A stretch of 64,000 nucleotides of DNA from a virus. A model generated the notes under the pieces. That model was not told the origin of the DNA and did no database searches. It saw only the letters and a program-made list of their open reading frames with translations. Below, in pieces: positions 1-9,503 of this stretch. How positions within the stretch are numbered: position 1 is the stretch's first letter; each line of letters begins with the position of its first letter. Location: IMG/VR virus record IMGVR_UViG_3300008120_009632, positions 23,452-87,451 of that record; one strand, written 5' to 3'. Position numbers and translations under genes: made by a program.

Positions 1-1
1 A

Positions 2-127
2 CAACCTTTTGTATTCTATTCCAAAATAATCTAATAAAGATTCTATATTATCGCATAGTTTATCTGATAATAGTTTTAATTTATGTTGATTATACGAAAC
101 TGATTTCTTCGTCATTATTGTCTTCAT
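2..127 (-). CDS. 5' part of a gene running off the window edge, probably DNA primase
   Basis: Open frame MKTIMTKKSVSYNQHKLKLLSDKLCDNIESLLDYFGIEYKRL overlapping the DnaB stop. The primase call is inferred from position after the helicase only. Confidence 0.45.
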   Translation of the reverse strand, partial: MKTIMTKKSVSYNQHKLKLLSDKLCDNIESLLDYFGIEYKRL

Positions 128-1547
128 TTACTATAAATCCATCTTTTTCATGTTTAACACCGTTAGATATCTCTAGTTTTGTTTGTCCTTCTGTAATCTT
201 TGCACACCACCCCTTAAGATTAAAATTAATATAATCATTATCGTCTAAACAACCACCATGTCTAGATATTAGTGGAACCAGTTTTCTGTTTCCGCTTTTT
301 CCAGAGTCCTCTGCCATTTCCTCGTCAGACTTTCTTTTAAAAATAGAGAAATTGCTACATAGCCAGATAATCCTATCTGATCCAGACGCTGTGTCGGTGC
401 TCTCTTTAGAGATCCCGTCTCTGTTTAATTGTATGAAACTCAAAATTGGTATTTGGTACTTAACAGCAAAATTATGCAGTGCTGTCATCATGAATCCTAG
501 AATTTGGTATTCTTTTAGGTCCTGACTAATCCCAGCACTATCCATAAGTTTTAAATAATCATATATAATAACGCAATCCTTGGCTGTTCCATCTGCATTT
601 AATCCAACATCTTTACATAACCATCTTCTCATTATGCTCAGCTGTTCGTCGAATGGTTTGCCAGCAATAGACTTATAGTATAGTTTGGTATTCTTTAATG
701 ATTCTGTTGCCTCATTGATCTTTTTATTTGTTACTGGAATGGATGCAAATTTACCTGTTTCAATACTATTAATTTCTGTCTCTGTCATCATAGCTAATAT
801 TCTATGAATATGATCATTCGTGCTCATTTCTGTATCCATATTCAATACAGGAATGCCCAGTTTATTAGCTATATAAAATCCTATATTGTCAGCCAATAAT
901 GTTTTACCAACCTTTGGTCTTGCCGCAATAACATTAACTGTTCCTTTTCTGAATCCTCCGCCGATAGCATGGTCATATATTGGGAAACCTGTTGATATGC
1001 CAAGCTGATCTACAGGATTGCTTTTTAAATAATCAATATAGGTATCTATTCCATCTCCAATAGATTTTGGTTCATTATCATTTGATAAATGAGAACCAAA
1101 GTCTAATAATGTATCTTCAGCAATAGATAATATAGATGATATTGGTTCTGAGCCAGTAACATCTAATAATTTTTCTTGTGCCGTTTCTAGCTCCTTATGT
1201 AAAGATCTTGCTATTTCAAGCTTCTTTATTTTAGTTGCGAATTGATTGATGTTCTCTATACTTGCCGGAAAATCCAAAATAGCCTTTAAATGCTGAGCTT
1301 CTTCTTTTTTGCTCAGAATATGCGACATACCCAAATCTTGGGATGCAGAGTATATAGAGGCTATATCGAGAGTAGTAACTTGTCCATTGGCAAATATATT
1401 TTTGATACAACTATAAATTAGTTGATTACTATCTATAGTAAAACATGATTCGCTTATGATATCATTAATCTCATAATATGCTTTTTCCCCATATTGCATT
1501 ATGCAGCTAAGCACCGCTCTTTCCGCTGACGGATCACACAAAACCAT
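90..1547 (-). CDS. dnaB: Replicative DNA helicase, DnaB family
   Basis: N-terminal AERAVL motif, Walker A AARPKVGKT, EMS, IYDYLKLM, IQLNR. ATG at 1547 overlaps the upstream TAA. Confidence 0.95.
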   Translation of the reverse strand: MVLCDPSAERAVLSCIMQYGEKAYYEINDIISESCFTIDSNQLIYSCIKNIFANGQVTTLDIASIYSASQDLGMSHILSKKEEAQHLKAILDFPASIENINQFATKIKKLEIARSLHKELETAQEKLLDVTGSEPISSILSIAEDTLLDFGSHLSNDNEPKSIGDGIDTYIDYLKSNPVDQLGISTGFPIYDHAIGGGFRKGTVNVIAARPKVGKTLLADNIGFYIANKLGIPVLNMDTEMSTNDHIHRILAMMTETEINSIETGKFASIPVTNKKINEATESLKNTKLYYKSIAGKPFDEQLSIMRRWLCKDVGLNADGTAKDCVIIYDYLKLMDSAGISQDLKEYQILGFMMTALHNFAVKYQIPILSFIQLNRDGISKESTDTASGSDRIIWLCSNFSIFKRKSDEEMAEDSGKSGNRKLVPLISRHGGCLDDNDYINFNLKGWCAKITEGQTKLEISNGVKHEKDGFIVNEDNNDEEISFV

Positions 1548-1948
1548 TATCCTGGCTCCTTTGAACATCTGTTACATTTATATCTATTCGGTGCATCATT
1601 CATTAATGCTGGATTAATACTTTCTTCTCTTCCGCATACCCTGCATTTTACATCGACAGGAGAAAACTCTCGCGACCTGATTGTTGGTGGATACTTTGAT
1701 AATAATTTATCAATTTCGAGATCTTCTTTATGTAAATTTTTTTCCATCATCAGGTCAAACTTATTTGCAGATCCAGACCTTTTTGTACGACCGCTTTGTT
1801 TTGATACAGAGACGTCTGCCTGCTGTATCTTACCCCTTTTACGTTTGGGCTTCTCTATTACTTCTGGAACAGATTCATCTTGGTCAGATGACAGCCCCTT
1901 CTGTAAAATTGCTATTAATTGTTTGATATCATTATTATCAAGAGGCAT
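1547..1948 (-). CDS. Hypothetical protein with C-terminal zinc ribbon
   Basis: CRVC...CNRC; overlaps both neighbours. Confidence 0.7.
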   Translation of the reverse strand: MPLDNNDIKQLIAILQKGLSSDQDESVPEVIEKPKRKRGKIQQADVSVSKQSGRTKRSGSANKFDLMMEKNLHKEDLEIDKLLSKYPPTIRSREFSPVDVKCRVCGREESINPALMNDAPNRYKCNRCSKEPG

Positions 1949-2429
1949 GTTTCACCTTGGTTCTTTGTATAGAAAGAAGTATATCTGATAAATTTTTAAT
2001 ATTATTGGCCAAATAACTTAGTCTATCCATGCGTTGTTGTGCATATTTTTTAATCTTATATAGATTAGAGGCCCTATCATTGTGTTTGATGGCCTGTAAT
2101 GATTTCTCTAAGTATCCATAACCTTTATAATTATTTATTTCGTCAGCTATGGTCTCTTTGATACTTTCTTCTGCCCAATTAAATCTGGCTATTTCCCTGT
2201 TCAAACTACGTTGTAAATAGAATCCGAATTGAGATAATCTATAAGATATTTGAGCACAATCTTCTGGATTTAATTTTTCTATCTCATCTCTAGACATACT
2301 AAGATAATGGTTTATTTCTGCCTCAGGAACAGAACATCCAGATGAATATTCTGGTAGAGATAATGTTTTCTCATAATCGTCTAGAATTTTATCCCAATGC
2401 TGTATTTCTTCTTGTGTTGTTTTACTCAT
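1938..2429 (-). CDS. Helical hypothetical protein, possibly a UvsY-like recombination mediator
   Basis: Coiled-coil character and position next to RecA/UvsX; function is inference. Confidence 0.55.
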   Translation of the reverse strand: MSKTTQEEIQHWDKILDDYEKTLSLPEYSSGCSVPEAEINHYLSMSRDEIEKLNPEDCAQISYRLSQFGFYLQRSLNREIARFNWAEESIKETIADEINNYKGYGYLEKSLQAIKHNDRASNLYKIKKYAQQRMDRLSYLANNIKNLSDILLSIQRTKVKHAS

Positions 2430-2829
2430 ATTTTAGCTTTTCTTTCCATTCTGATTCAGATTCGTGACATGCCAATACTATTTGTCTGATATTATTCTTT
2501 TCGCACCATTCTGTTTTTTCTTTGTCTCTTTTCTGAGATTTTAAAAAACTAAGAATATTATTATGATAAAATGGAACAAACTTAAAATGCTGTTCACCAT
2601 GAACTTCTATGCATAATTTAGGTAACGGTAAATAAAAATCTAAATATAGTGTTTCTGATTTCCTTAAGGGTATTGAAACTTCTTCCAAAATTTGTAGAGT
2701 TGGAAAAGTATCAGTAATGAGCTTTCTTGCCATCAGATGGAAAGAAGACTTATTGGTAAGTTTACCCTTCGCTATATGACCTGTCAAGTGCCAAGTATGG
2801 ATATTTCCATCCAAGTCTACGATTTTCAT
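2422..2829 (-). CDS. PD-(D/E)XK / Vsr-DUF559-like endonuclease
   Basis: LYLDFYLP...IEVHGEQH...RD.EK..WC motif set. Confidence 0.8.
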   Translation of the reverse strand: MKIVDLDGNIHTWHLTGHIAKGKLTNKSSFHLMARKLITDTFPTLQILEEVSIPLRKSETLYLDFYLPLPKLCIEVHGEQHFKFVPFYHNNILSFLKSQKRDKEKTEWCEKNNIRQIVLACHESESEWKEKLKYE

Positions 2830-3839
2830 TTGATTCCCAAAACACTCTTAACATCTTGTTCTATCTTTTTATACGCTTCATTATTTTCTAATAGGAATGC
2901 CCTTACTTTTTCCGTTCCTTGAAACTTTGGCTTATCTTCTAAATTAGTGATAGTATACCATGCACCACCCTTATTAATAATACCAACATCTGAAGCGAGA
3001 TTAACAAGTTCTGTATATTTATCTATCCCCTGACCATATCTAATATAACTTGTTGTAGTTGCACCAGGAGGGCCAAGAGCAGAGCATACCACTTGCCATT
3101 CTATCTCTTGGCCTATTTGTGTATTATCGGTACCAATAATCCATGGCTTGAATGTTTTTGCTCGTAATTTTATATCCGTTTGATATGCAATAGCTTGTCC
3201 GCTCTTTTCTTTAAACTCTGCACCATATCCTGTTGGATTGCCCATTAAGTGAGTAATACCAATAACTATGTTTTTATTGACAGGTATAACATTTGCAACC
3301 TTGCGACAAAATTTTGCTAATAATTTAGCCCCATCAGCTCTTTGCATTTTATCCATATCGCTTGTAATTTCGGCTTCTGTGCATAATGCTGAATAAGAAT
3401 CAATAATTAGAATACATCCAGGTATTTCATTAATAATTCTTTCTGCTATTTGTAAATACTCTTCAGCATGTAGTATTTTTCCTTGTTGACTACCTATGAT
3501 ATGAAATTTAGTTAGATCTAATCCTGGTATACCTTCTAAATCTCTTTTCTTAAGTCTACCCTCAATGTTAAGGTAGTACACTTGCCTACCATCTTTAAAA
3601 GATCCATAAGCATATTCTTTCTTTTGTGCGGTAGCTGCAAAATCTAATGACGTTGTTGTTTTACCGCATTTTGGTTGTCCTGTTAGAACAACGAAACTTC
3701 CTTCTGGAATACCTCCATTTAAGGCAATGTCTAAAGATGGTCCTACGGGAATAGTAAGAACTTTTTTATCTACTAGTGCGTTACCACTTAAGATAATTTC
3801 GTCACCAAAATTCTTAATCACATCCTCTTTAAGTGTCAT
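2826..3839 (-). CDS. recA: RecA/UvsX-like recombinase
   Basis: SLDIALNGGIPEG, Walker A GQPKCGKTT, IIDS Walker B, C-terminal GAWY..KFQG. Confidence 0.92.
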   Translation of the reverse strand: MTLKEDVIKNFGDEIILSGNALVDKKVLTIPVGPSLDIALNGGIPEGSFVVLTGQPKCGKTTTSLDFAATAQKKEYAYGSFKDGRQVYYLNIEGRLKKRDLEGIPGLDLTKFHIIGSQQGKILHAEEYLQIAERIINEIPGCILIIDSYSALCTEAEITSDMDKMQRADGAKLLAKFCRKVANVIPVNKNIVIGITHLMGNPTGYGAEFKEKSGQAIAYQTDIKLRAKTFKPWIIGTDNTQIGQEIEWQVVCSALGPPGATTTSYIRYGQGIDKYTELVNLASDVGIINKGGAWYTITNLEDKPKFQGTEKVRAFLLENNEAYKKIEQDVKSVLGIK

Positions 3840-4246
3840 TCTAATTCCTCTAATCTTGAGATAATACTATTCGTTTGTTGCTTGGGCCTAAGAGTCAACT
3901 TATCTTTTCTATCAAATTTTTGTGTTAATACAGTATTTTGAGCGTTGATCTCATTTTGCATTTTTTCTATTATAGCAGGAAGGTGTGGCGCTCGCAATGA
4001 GTATATTTTTTCTGCGTCCTTGTGCCTAAGTGCTGCTATGATAGCTTTTACATCATACTTTTCTATTAGTTTATTAGCTGATGCTATTTGATTTCTGTAA
4101 TATGCAGACCATGATTTCGTAGTCCAAAATCTATAATGTAAATCTAATTTATCTTTTTTAGCTTTATTTTCACATATTAATTCTGTTATATATTGTGCTG
4201 CTGATACCAATTTTCCATTCGAATATTTTGAAGTATATTTATCCAT
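3836..4246 (-). CDS. Hypothetical phage protein
   Basis: ATG at 4246 overlaps the upstream stop; coupled to recA. Confidence 0.7.
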   Translation of the reverse strand: MDKYTSKYSNGKLVSAAQYITELICENKAKKDKLDLHYRFWTTKSWSAYYRNQIASANKLIEKYDVKAIIAALRHKDAEKIYSLRAPHLPAIIEKMQNEINAQNTVLTQKFDRKDKLTLRPKQQTNSIISRLEELE

Positions 4247-4574
4247 TACTCTTCGGTCTAAAGATAGAATTTTCATTGTTATTCACTGTTTGTGTTTTAT
4301 GTCTTGCTGCGTCATGTTGTTCAGAAGCCTCTTTGGTCATAATTGCTACGTTTTTTGTTCTCTTACCAGAGGTTTCTGTTATCATACTTGATTGTTTTAC
4401 CGGGCTTTGTTTTTCTTCTATGGCATTGCTTTTGTCTGATGAACCATATTTTTCCAATGTCTTTATAACTTGTTCTATATTAAGATCAAGCTCTGCTGCT
4501 ATTCTTTCTTGTGTGGTTCCTTGATTAGCCAACCATCTTATAGCATATATCTGTGTTTTATTTAGTTTTGACAT
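4239..4574 (-). CDS. Protein with N-terminal helix-turn-helix
   Basis: AIRWLANQGTTQERIAAELDLNIEQV HTH-like pattern. Confidence 0.65.
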   Translation of the reverse strand: MSKLNKTQIYAIRWLANQGTTQERIAAELDLNIEQVIKTLEKYGSSDKSNAIEEKQSPVKQSSMITETSGKRTKNVAIMTKEASEQHDAARHKTQTVNNNENSIFRPKSNG

Positions 4575-4963
4575 TATATATCCTCTCTTTCAGCGTTTAA
4601 GATCCATGAACCATTACCGGTTTTAAGAAACATTAGATAAAAATCAAATGCTTTTTTATTAACTTCTTTGAATAATGTTGTCTCTTTACCAATAGAATGT
4701 AATAGTTTAATATTTTTAGTTTCTGGCAAATCTAATGTTGGATTAAATAATTTTTTAGTATCATCTATTCGTATTAGATATTTTGGCATACCATTAGGTT
4801 TGTATTTAATCTTTGCTAATACTTTATTATCTTCTGTATTACATCTTGGATTATTTTCTTTATCAATAAAGTCTTTATCTGCTAACAAACAGAAAAACCT
4901 ATCTTTATTGGTTTCTAAATTATTAGATGAATTTTGTTGAAAAATAAAATTATTTTCTTTCAT
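4574..4963 (-). CDS. Hypothetical protein, paralog of 5642..6055
   Basis: Shared FID...PR, L(F/Y)NP, F.EV...F..Y..FLKT......A.RE. Confidence 0.75.
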   Translation of the reverse strand: MKENNFIFQQNSSNNLETNKDRFFCLLADKDFIDKENNPRCNTEDNKVLAKIKYKPNGMPKYLIRIDDTKKLFNPTLDLPETKNIKLLHSIGKETTLFKEVNKKAFDFYLMFLKTGNGSWILNAEREDI

Positions 4964-5289
4964 TTTGAACTTTCTTGTATTCCATTTATTAAACAGGTTT
5001 CAATATGATCAAAAAATGTTTTCATAAATATTTCGTAATCTTTATCTATTGGTACAGGGATGTGGTAATTTTTGGAACACACCTCTCTTGTTCCTGTTAA
5101 TTCTCCTTTTTCATTTTCCATTAATACTGTTGCATTTACAGAAAATACTATTTCATGAGGACATGCTATTAGCTTTTGATTTTCATCAGTCTCATATTCA
5201 CTTTTAATCTCTAGAATATTTTTAAGTTCTTCTATACTAAGATCTTGTAATTCTTTTAGTTTTTCATTCATTAAATTTTGATCTAGCAT
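4960..5289 (-). CDS. Hypothetical protein
   Basis: Tightly packed ORF in the operon. Confidence 0.65.
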   Translation of the reverse strand: MLDQNLMNEKLKELQDLSIEELKNILEIKSEYETDENQKLIACPHEIVFSVNATVLMENEKGELTGTREVCSKNYHIPVPIDKDYEIFMKTFFDHIETCLINGIQESSK

Positions 5290-5293
5290 AATA

Positions 5294-5638
5294 TTATGTC
5301 CATTTTACCTTGTTTTGTTTTTTAAGTCTTGTCATTCCTTTTGGGAGTGGCTTATCGCTAACTTCTTCTTTATACGAATTATGTTTTATATAAAGAGCAT
5401 TTTTTTCATCATCAGACATTCTATCTCTATTTCTATTTGCGAGATCTCCAATAGTTTTTAATTCTGTATCAGATTTTTTAACGGACGAATTGAGAGTGAG
5501 CATGTCTATGCTGTAGTCGCGATCTGTAGTATTCTTATTGCATTGTGGACACTGTGGATGTTCAGTATAATCCTTAATATACAAAAATAATTCAAATCCA
5601 CAATTACAATTATTGCACAAATAAGAATATGTCGGCAT
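5294..5638 (-). CDS. FmdB-family zinc-ribbon protein
   Basis: MPTYSYLCNNC...FE...CPQC signature. Confidence 0.85.
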   Translation of the reverse strand: MPTYSYLCNNCNCGFELFLYIKDYTEHPQCPQCNKNTTDRDYSIDMLTLNSSVKKSDTELKTIGDLANRNRDRMSDDEKNALYIKHNSYKEEVSDKPLPKGMTRLKKQNKVKWT

Positions 5639-5641
5639 AAT

Positions 5642-6055
5642 TTATATTTCTCGTTGAGCCGAGACTAAAAATTTTTTACTTTTTGTTTTCAGAAAAGAAA
5701 CATATTGGTTAAATATGCTATGAGTAACTTCAGTAAAGATTTGCTCGTTCTTGCAAACTTTATTGATATATGACTGATTCTTTGTTGTAATAGATAATAG
5801 CGATGACTCTTCTATTGGATTATAGAGATTATTATTGGAATCTGTTAATATATAATATCTATACTGAAGTAATTTATTGTGAATATCTTTTGATGAATAA
5901 CTTTTAATAGCTTTAGCATATATCTTATCAGACTCTGCTGTTGTTCTAGGATCTCCATTATCGTCTATAAAAGATTCTAAGCCATTGATAGTATAAAACT
6001 TATCTTCTGTGGTATCTCTGGTACTAATTTTATAATCAGATGCATTTACTCTCAT
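5642..6055 (-). CDS. Hypothetical protein, paralog of 4574..4963
   Basis: Shared motifs as above. Confidence 0.75.
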   Translation of the reverse strand: MRVNASDYKISTRDTTEDKFYTINGLESFIDDNGDPRTTAESDKIYAKAIKSYSSKDIHNKLLQYRYYILTDSNNNLYNPIEESSLLSITTKNQSYINKVCKNEQIFTEVTHSIFNQYVSFLKTKSKKFLVSAQREI

Positions 6056-6638
6056 TATTAATATAACCTTCTATAAATGGAGCCCATTCAGGAAAACTAC
6101 CATCTATAGTAAAAAAGTCACGATACCACGGCAAGTAGACGGAGCAATATTTTGGTATAATTGGCTGATTAAGAAGTTTCATATTGGCTTCTTTTGGTGT
6201 TCTATTCCCTTTTTTATTATTGCATTCCCAACAACAGGTTACGATATTAATCCAATTTGTGCATTTATGTTTATTGTTTCTGTCAAATCTACTTTTTGGA
6301 ACAACATGATCATATGTCAACTGTGCAATAGGTAATTTTTTGGCACAGTATTGGCATGTATAATTATCTCTTATGAATAAATTTTTACGAGAAAAATTAA
6401 TGGTTCTATGGTAGAGATTAAAAAAGTTTCGGATTTTTGCTACGGCAGGAACTGGGTATCTTTTCCCACAACTGCCTTGTATAAATTCATCATCATAATA
6501 AGATATTATTTCAATAGCATATTTATGTTCTAAAGTATATTTCATAGACCATATAATGGCTTTTTTCCAAGATATTATATGTATCGGTGTGTAGTCAGCA
6601 TTTAATAAAAGGCACTGTTTATGATTTATTTCTTTCAT
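6036..6638 (-). CDS. HNH endonuclease (McrA-like)
   Basis: LLLNADY, RDNYTCQYC, TYDHVVP, W.NIVTCC.ECN.KKG. Confidence 0.9.
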   Translation of the reverse strand: MKEINHKQCLLLNADYTPIHIISWKKAIIWSMKYTLEHKYAIEIISYYDDEFIQGSCGKRYPVPAVAKIRNFFNLYHRTINFSRKNLFIRDNYTCQYCAKKLPIAQLTYDHVVPKSRFDRNNKHKCTNWINIVTCCWECNNKKGNRTPKEANMKLLNQPIIPKYCSVYLPWYRDFFTIDGSFPEWAPFIEGYINNESKCI

Positions 6639-7347
6639 AAGTATCTAATCTTGATAAAATATCTGATATAATTGCATTTCTAACAATATCAGATGATTCT
6701 AATTTACAATATCCTATTCCAGGTACTCCTTCAAGGGCTTCTATCATAGTAATGAAGCCACCCTGCAAATGCCTGCTGAGATCAGACTGTCCTATGTCTC
6801 CTGTGAGCACCATTTTACTTTGCTGGCCTGTTCTTGTCAATAACATCTTTAATTGTTCGTATGACGCATTTTGACACTCGTCGGCTACGATGAAACAATG
6901 ATGAAAATTTCTTCCTCTCATTAATCCTAGTGGAACAACTTCTATTTTATTATTTAGTTTGAAGGATGCATATTGGGCTGGAGTAATAAAATGATGAATT
7001 TCATCAATGATTGGTAACAGATACGGATGGAGTTTTTCTTCTGCCGATCCTGGAAGATATCCTAATTTTTCTCCAGCTTCTATCACTGGTCTTGTTATTA
7101 TGATTTTATTAACTTTATTTTCTAATAGTGATTCTATTGCCATACCAATAGCAATATGTGTTTTTCCACTACCAGCTAATCCTTGACAAAATGTAATAGT
7201 ATTATCTACTATGGATTTAGTATAGTTTTTTTGATTTTCAGTTCTAGGTTTTAATTTATTTCTATAAGACAATCCGGTAGGTTGAATATTGTTTGTTGCG
7301 TCGATTACTTTTTGTTTGTTCTTACCAGTTTTATTATTTTTTTTCAA
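6619..7347 (-). CDS. phoH: PhoH-family ATPase
   Basis: GLAGSGKT, RP, LGYLPG, MRGR, DECQN, GD..QSD; TTG start with AGAGG SD. Confidence 0.95.
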   Translation of the reverse strand: MKKNNKTGKNKQKVIDATNNIQPTGLSYRNKLKPRTENQKNYTKSIVDNTITFCQGLAGSGKTHIAIGMAIESLLENKVNKIIITRPVIEAGEKLGYLPGSAEEKLHPYLLPIIDEIHHFITPAQYASFKLNNKIEVVPLGLMRGRNFHHCFIVADECQNASYEQLKMLLTRTGQQSKMVLTGDIGQSDLSRHLQGGFITMIEALEGVPGIGYCKLESSDIVRNAIISDILSRLDTYERNKS

Positions 7348-7390
7348 TTGAGCCTCTCTTTACAGAAAGATGTAAGCAATAATATGTAAT

Positions 7391-7400
7391 ATAATACACC
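7391..7400 (-). promoter_or_regulatory. GGTGTA-class putative phage promoter (GGTGTATTAT)
   Basis: Intergenic, upstream of phoH; motif recurs at many gene boundaries. Confidence 0.6.
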
Positions 7401-7413
7401 TTACTATAAAATA

Positions 7414-7839
7414 TTATTTAGTTCCAGATGACCCAAATCCTTTCTCAGATCTTTCAGAATCACTCAGGTTATCACTCCAACCAAATGATTCTTTATGATA
7501 TGTTTCTATAATTAGTTGAGCAATTTTATCACCAACATTGATTTCATAGGAATTATCCTTGTCTGTATTATATACAATAACACCGATAGTACCTCTGTAT
7601 CCTTCATCTATAACGCCAGCCAAAATATCAAGACCATGTTTAAATGCTAGACCAGATCTTGGTGCAATGCGACCGTATACATTTTCTGGTAATTCTATAG
7701 TAATACCCGTACTGATTAAAGCTCTAGTTAATGGTTCAATGATTTTATGCTCAACAGAATATAAATCTGCACCAGCATCATTATTATTTACTCTGGTAGG
7801 AAGTTTAGCTTCTGGATGTACACTTTTCACTTTTATCAT
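7414..7839 (-). CDS. dut: Trimeric dUTPase
   Basis: AGADL, RSGLA, GVIDEGYRG, IAQL, RSEKGFGSSG. Confidence 0.96.
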   Translation of the reverse strand: MIKVKSVHPEAKLPTRVNNNDAGADLYSVEHKIIEPLTRALISTGITIELPENVYGRIAPRSGLAFKHGLDILAGVIDEGYRGTIGVIVYNTDKDNSYEINVGDKIAQLIIETYHKESFGWSDNLSDSERSEKGFGSSGTK

Positions 7840-9489
7840 TTATGCCTCGCATGATGAACAGGTTAAAATACTACGTACTAATTCTTGAGCAGGATTGGAT
7901 GACCTTTGATAATAAAATGTTTTCACTCCATTCTCCCATCCGTATATTAATAGCTCACTCACTTCTTTGGCCTGACAGTTTGGCGGAATCATTAGGTTTA
8001 AGGAAATAGCTTGATCGATATATTTTTGTCTTTGAATATTTTGAATAACAATCTCTTTCTGAGAAATCTCACCAAAAGTTTTAAAAATATCCTTTTCTTC
8101 CTGTGATAAAAAATCTAAATGTTGTACAGATCCTCCTCTGATCAAAATATCTTTCCAGATATGCTCTTTATCTTGATCTTTATCTTTTAATAATTTTTTT
8201 AGATATGGATTTTTATATGTAAAATTACCCTTAGCTAATTTTTTAACAAAATAATTTGAATTAAGCGGCTCAATAGATGGGCTAACCTGACCAAGAATAA
8301 AAGAACTTGAAGTAGTTGGTGCAACAGCTAATGTTGTTACATTTCGTCTACCATATCCCTTTAATAAAGGAGGTTCTCCTAAAAGTTTTGCTAATTCAAC
8401 AGTTGCATTATCTGCTTTTGATCTTATAATTTTCCAAATTTCTGTATTCAATAATTTAGCCTGCATAGATTCGAAACCAATCATTTTAGACTGCAATAAA
8501 GAATGCCATCCTAGAACACCCATACCCAAAGCTCTTTGGTTCATGGCGAAATTTCTAGCAGCCTCCATAAATCTTAAATTTTTTGTCTTACGAATAAATT
8601 CTTCATTAACAGAGTCTAAGAAATATATTAATGTCTCTATAGCATCTGTATCTTTGATCTCATCCCAATGAAGTAGGTTCAGAGAAGACAAAACGCAAAC
8701 AAATGAATTTTGCTCATCAGTAAACAAGGTTATCTCTGAGCATAGATTGCTATTTTTAATCTTTAATTTTTGATCTATGTATGGTTGTGGGGCATGATTA
8801 TTAACATTATCTATAAATACAAGATAAGGATATCCTGTCTCAAATCTTTTTTGAATAATTTTAGCCCAAATTTTTCTCTTGTCTTTATCTCCGTTAACCA
8901 TGTCTTTCATCCAATCATCAGTGATTGTGACACCAATACTCATATTTTGAATATTATGTCCTTCTGATCTGATTTGTAAGAATTCGTTAACATCTGGATG
9001 TTCTATTGGTAAATAAGCAGCAAATGATCCTCTACGTGCTGACCCTTGAGATACAACTTCGGCAACTTTATCAAAAAGTTCCATAAAATGTACAGGACCA
9101 CTGGATTCTCCACCAACACTAATCTTGGCTCCTCTTGCTCTTAGATCGCCAAAGAATCCTGATGTTCCTCCGCCCAACTTACTCATCATTCCAACTTCTG
9201 CTACTTTATCTAATATTCCATCCATAGTATCAGGAATATAGGAACTAAAACATGAAACAGGAAGTCCCCTATTGTTACCGTAGTTCGTCCACACAGGCGT
9301 TGATAAGGAATAAAATCCCCTACTCATATAATCTTCAAACTTATCTGCAAATCCAGGAATATGTAAAATACTCTCTGCATTTTCAGCAATCTGTCTGATT
9401 CTTTCTTCTGGAGTAATACCTTCTTTTAGATAACCTCTCTCAAGGAAAATTCTGCTATGAGAATTTAACCAGTAATATTTCTTATTCAT
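7840..9489 (-). CDS. nrdA: Class I ribonucleotide reductase alpha subunit, short, no ATP cone
   Basis: PVSCF, GGG, SNLCSEI, APTTSSS, YYQR, C-terminal CSSC. Confidence 0.95.
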   Translation of the reverse strand: MNKKYYWLNSHSRIFLERGYLKEGITPEERIRQIAENAESILHIPGFADKFEDYMSRGFYSLSTPVWTNYGNNRGLPVSCFSSYIPDTMDGILDKVAEVGMMSKLGGGTSGFFGDLRARGAKISVGGESSGPVHFMELFDKVAEVVSQGSARRGSFAAYLPIEHPDVNEFLQIRSEGHNIQNMSIGVTITDDWMKDMVNGDKDKRKIWAKIIQKRFETGYPYLVFIDNVNNHAPQPYIDQKLKIKNSNLCSEITLFTDEQNSFVCVLSSLNLLHWDEIKDTDAIETLIYFLDSVNEEFIRKTKNLRFMEAARNFAMNQRALGMGVLGWHSLLQSKMIGFESMQAKLLNTEIWKIIRSKADNATVELAKLLGEPPLLKGYGRRNVTTLAVAPTTSSSFILGQVSPSIEPLNSNYFVKKLAKGNFTYKNPYLKKLLKDKDQDKEHIWKDILIRGGSVQHLDFLSQEEKDIFKTFGEISQKEIVIQNIQRQKYIDQAISLNLMIPPNCQAKEVSELLIYGWENGVKTFYYQRSSNPAQELVRSILTCSSCEA

Positions 9490-9503
9490 ATTCCTTATAT
9501 GTC

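Noticed and set aside
6036-6638. HNH gene as a mobile homing endonuclease or intron
   Set aside because: Free-standing McrA-like gene overlapping intact neighbours; no interrupted gene
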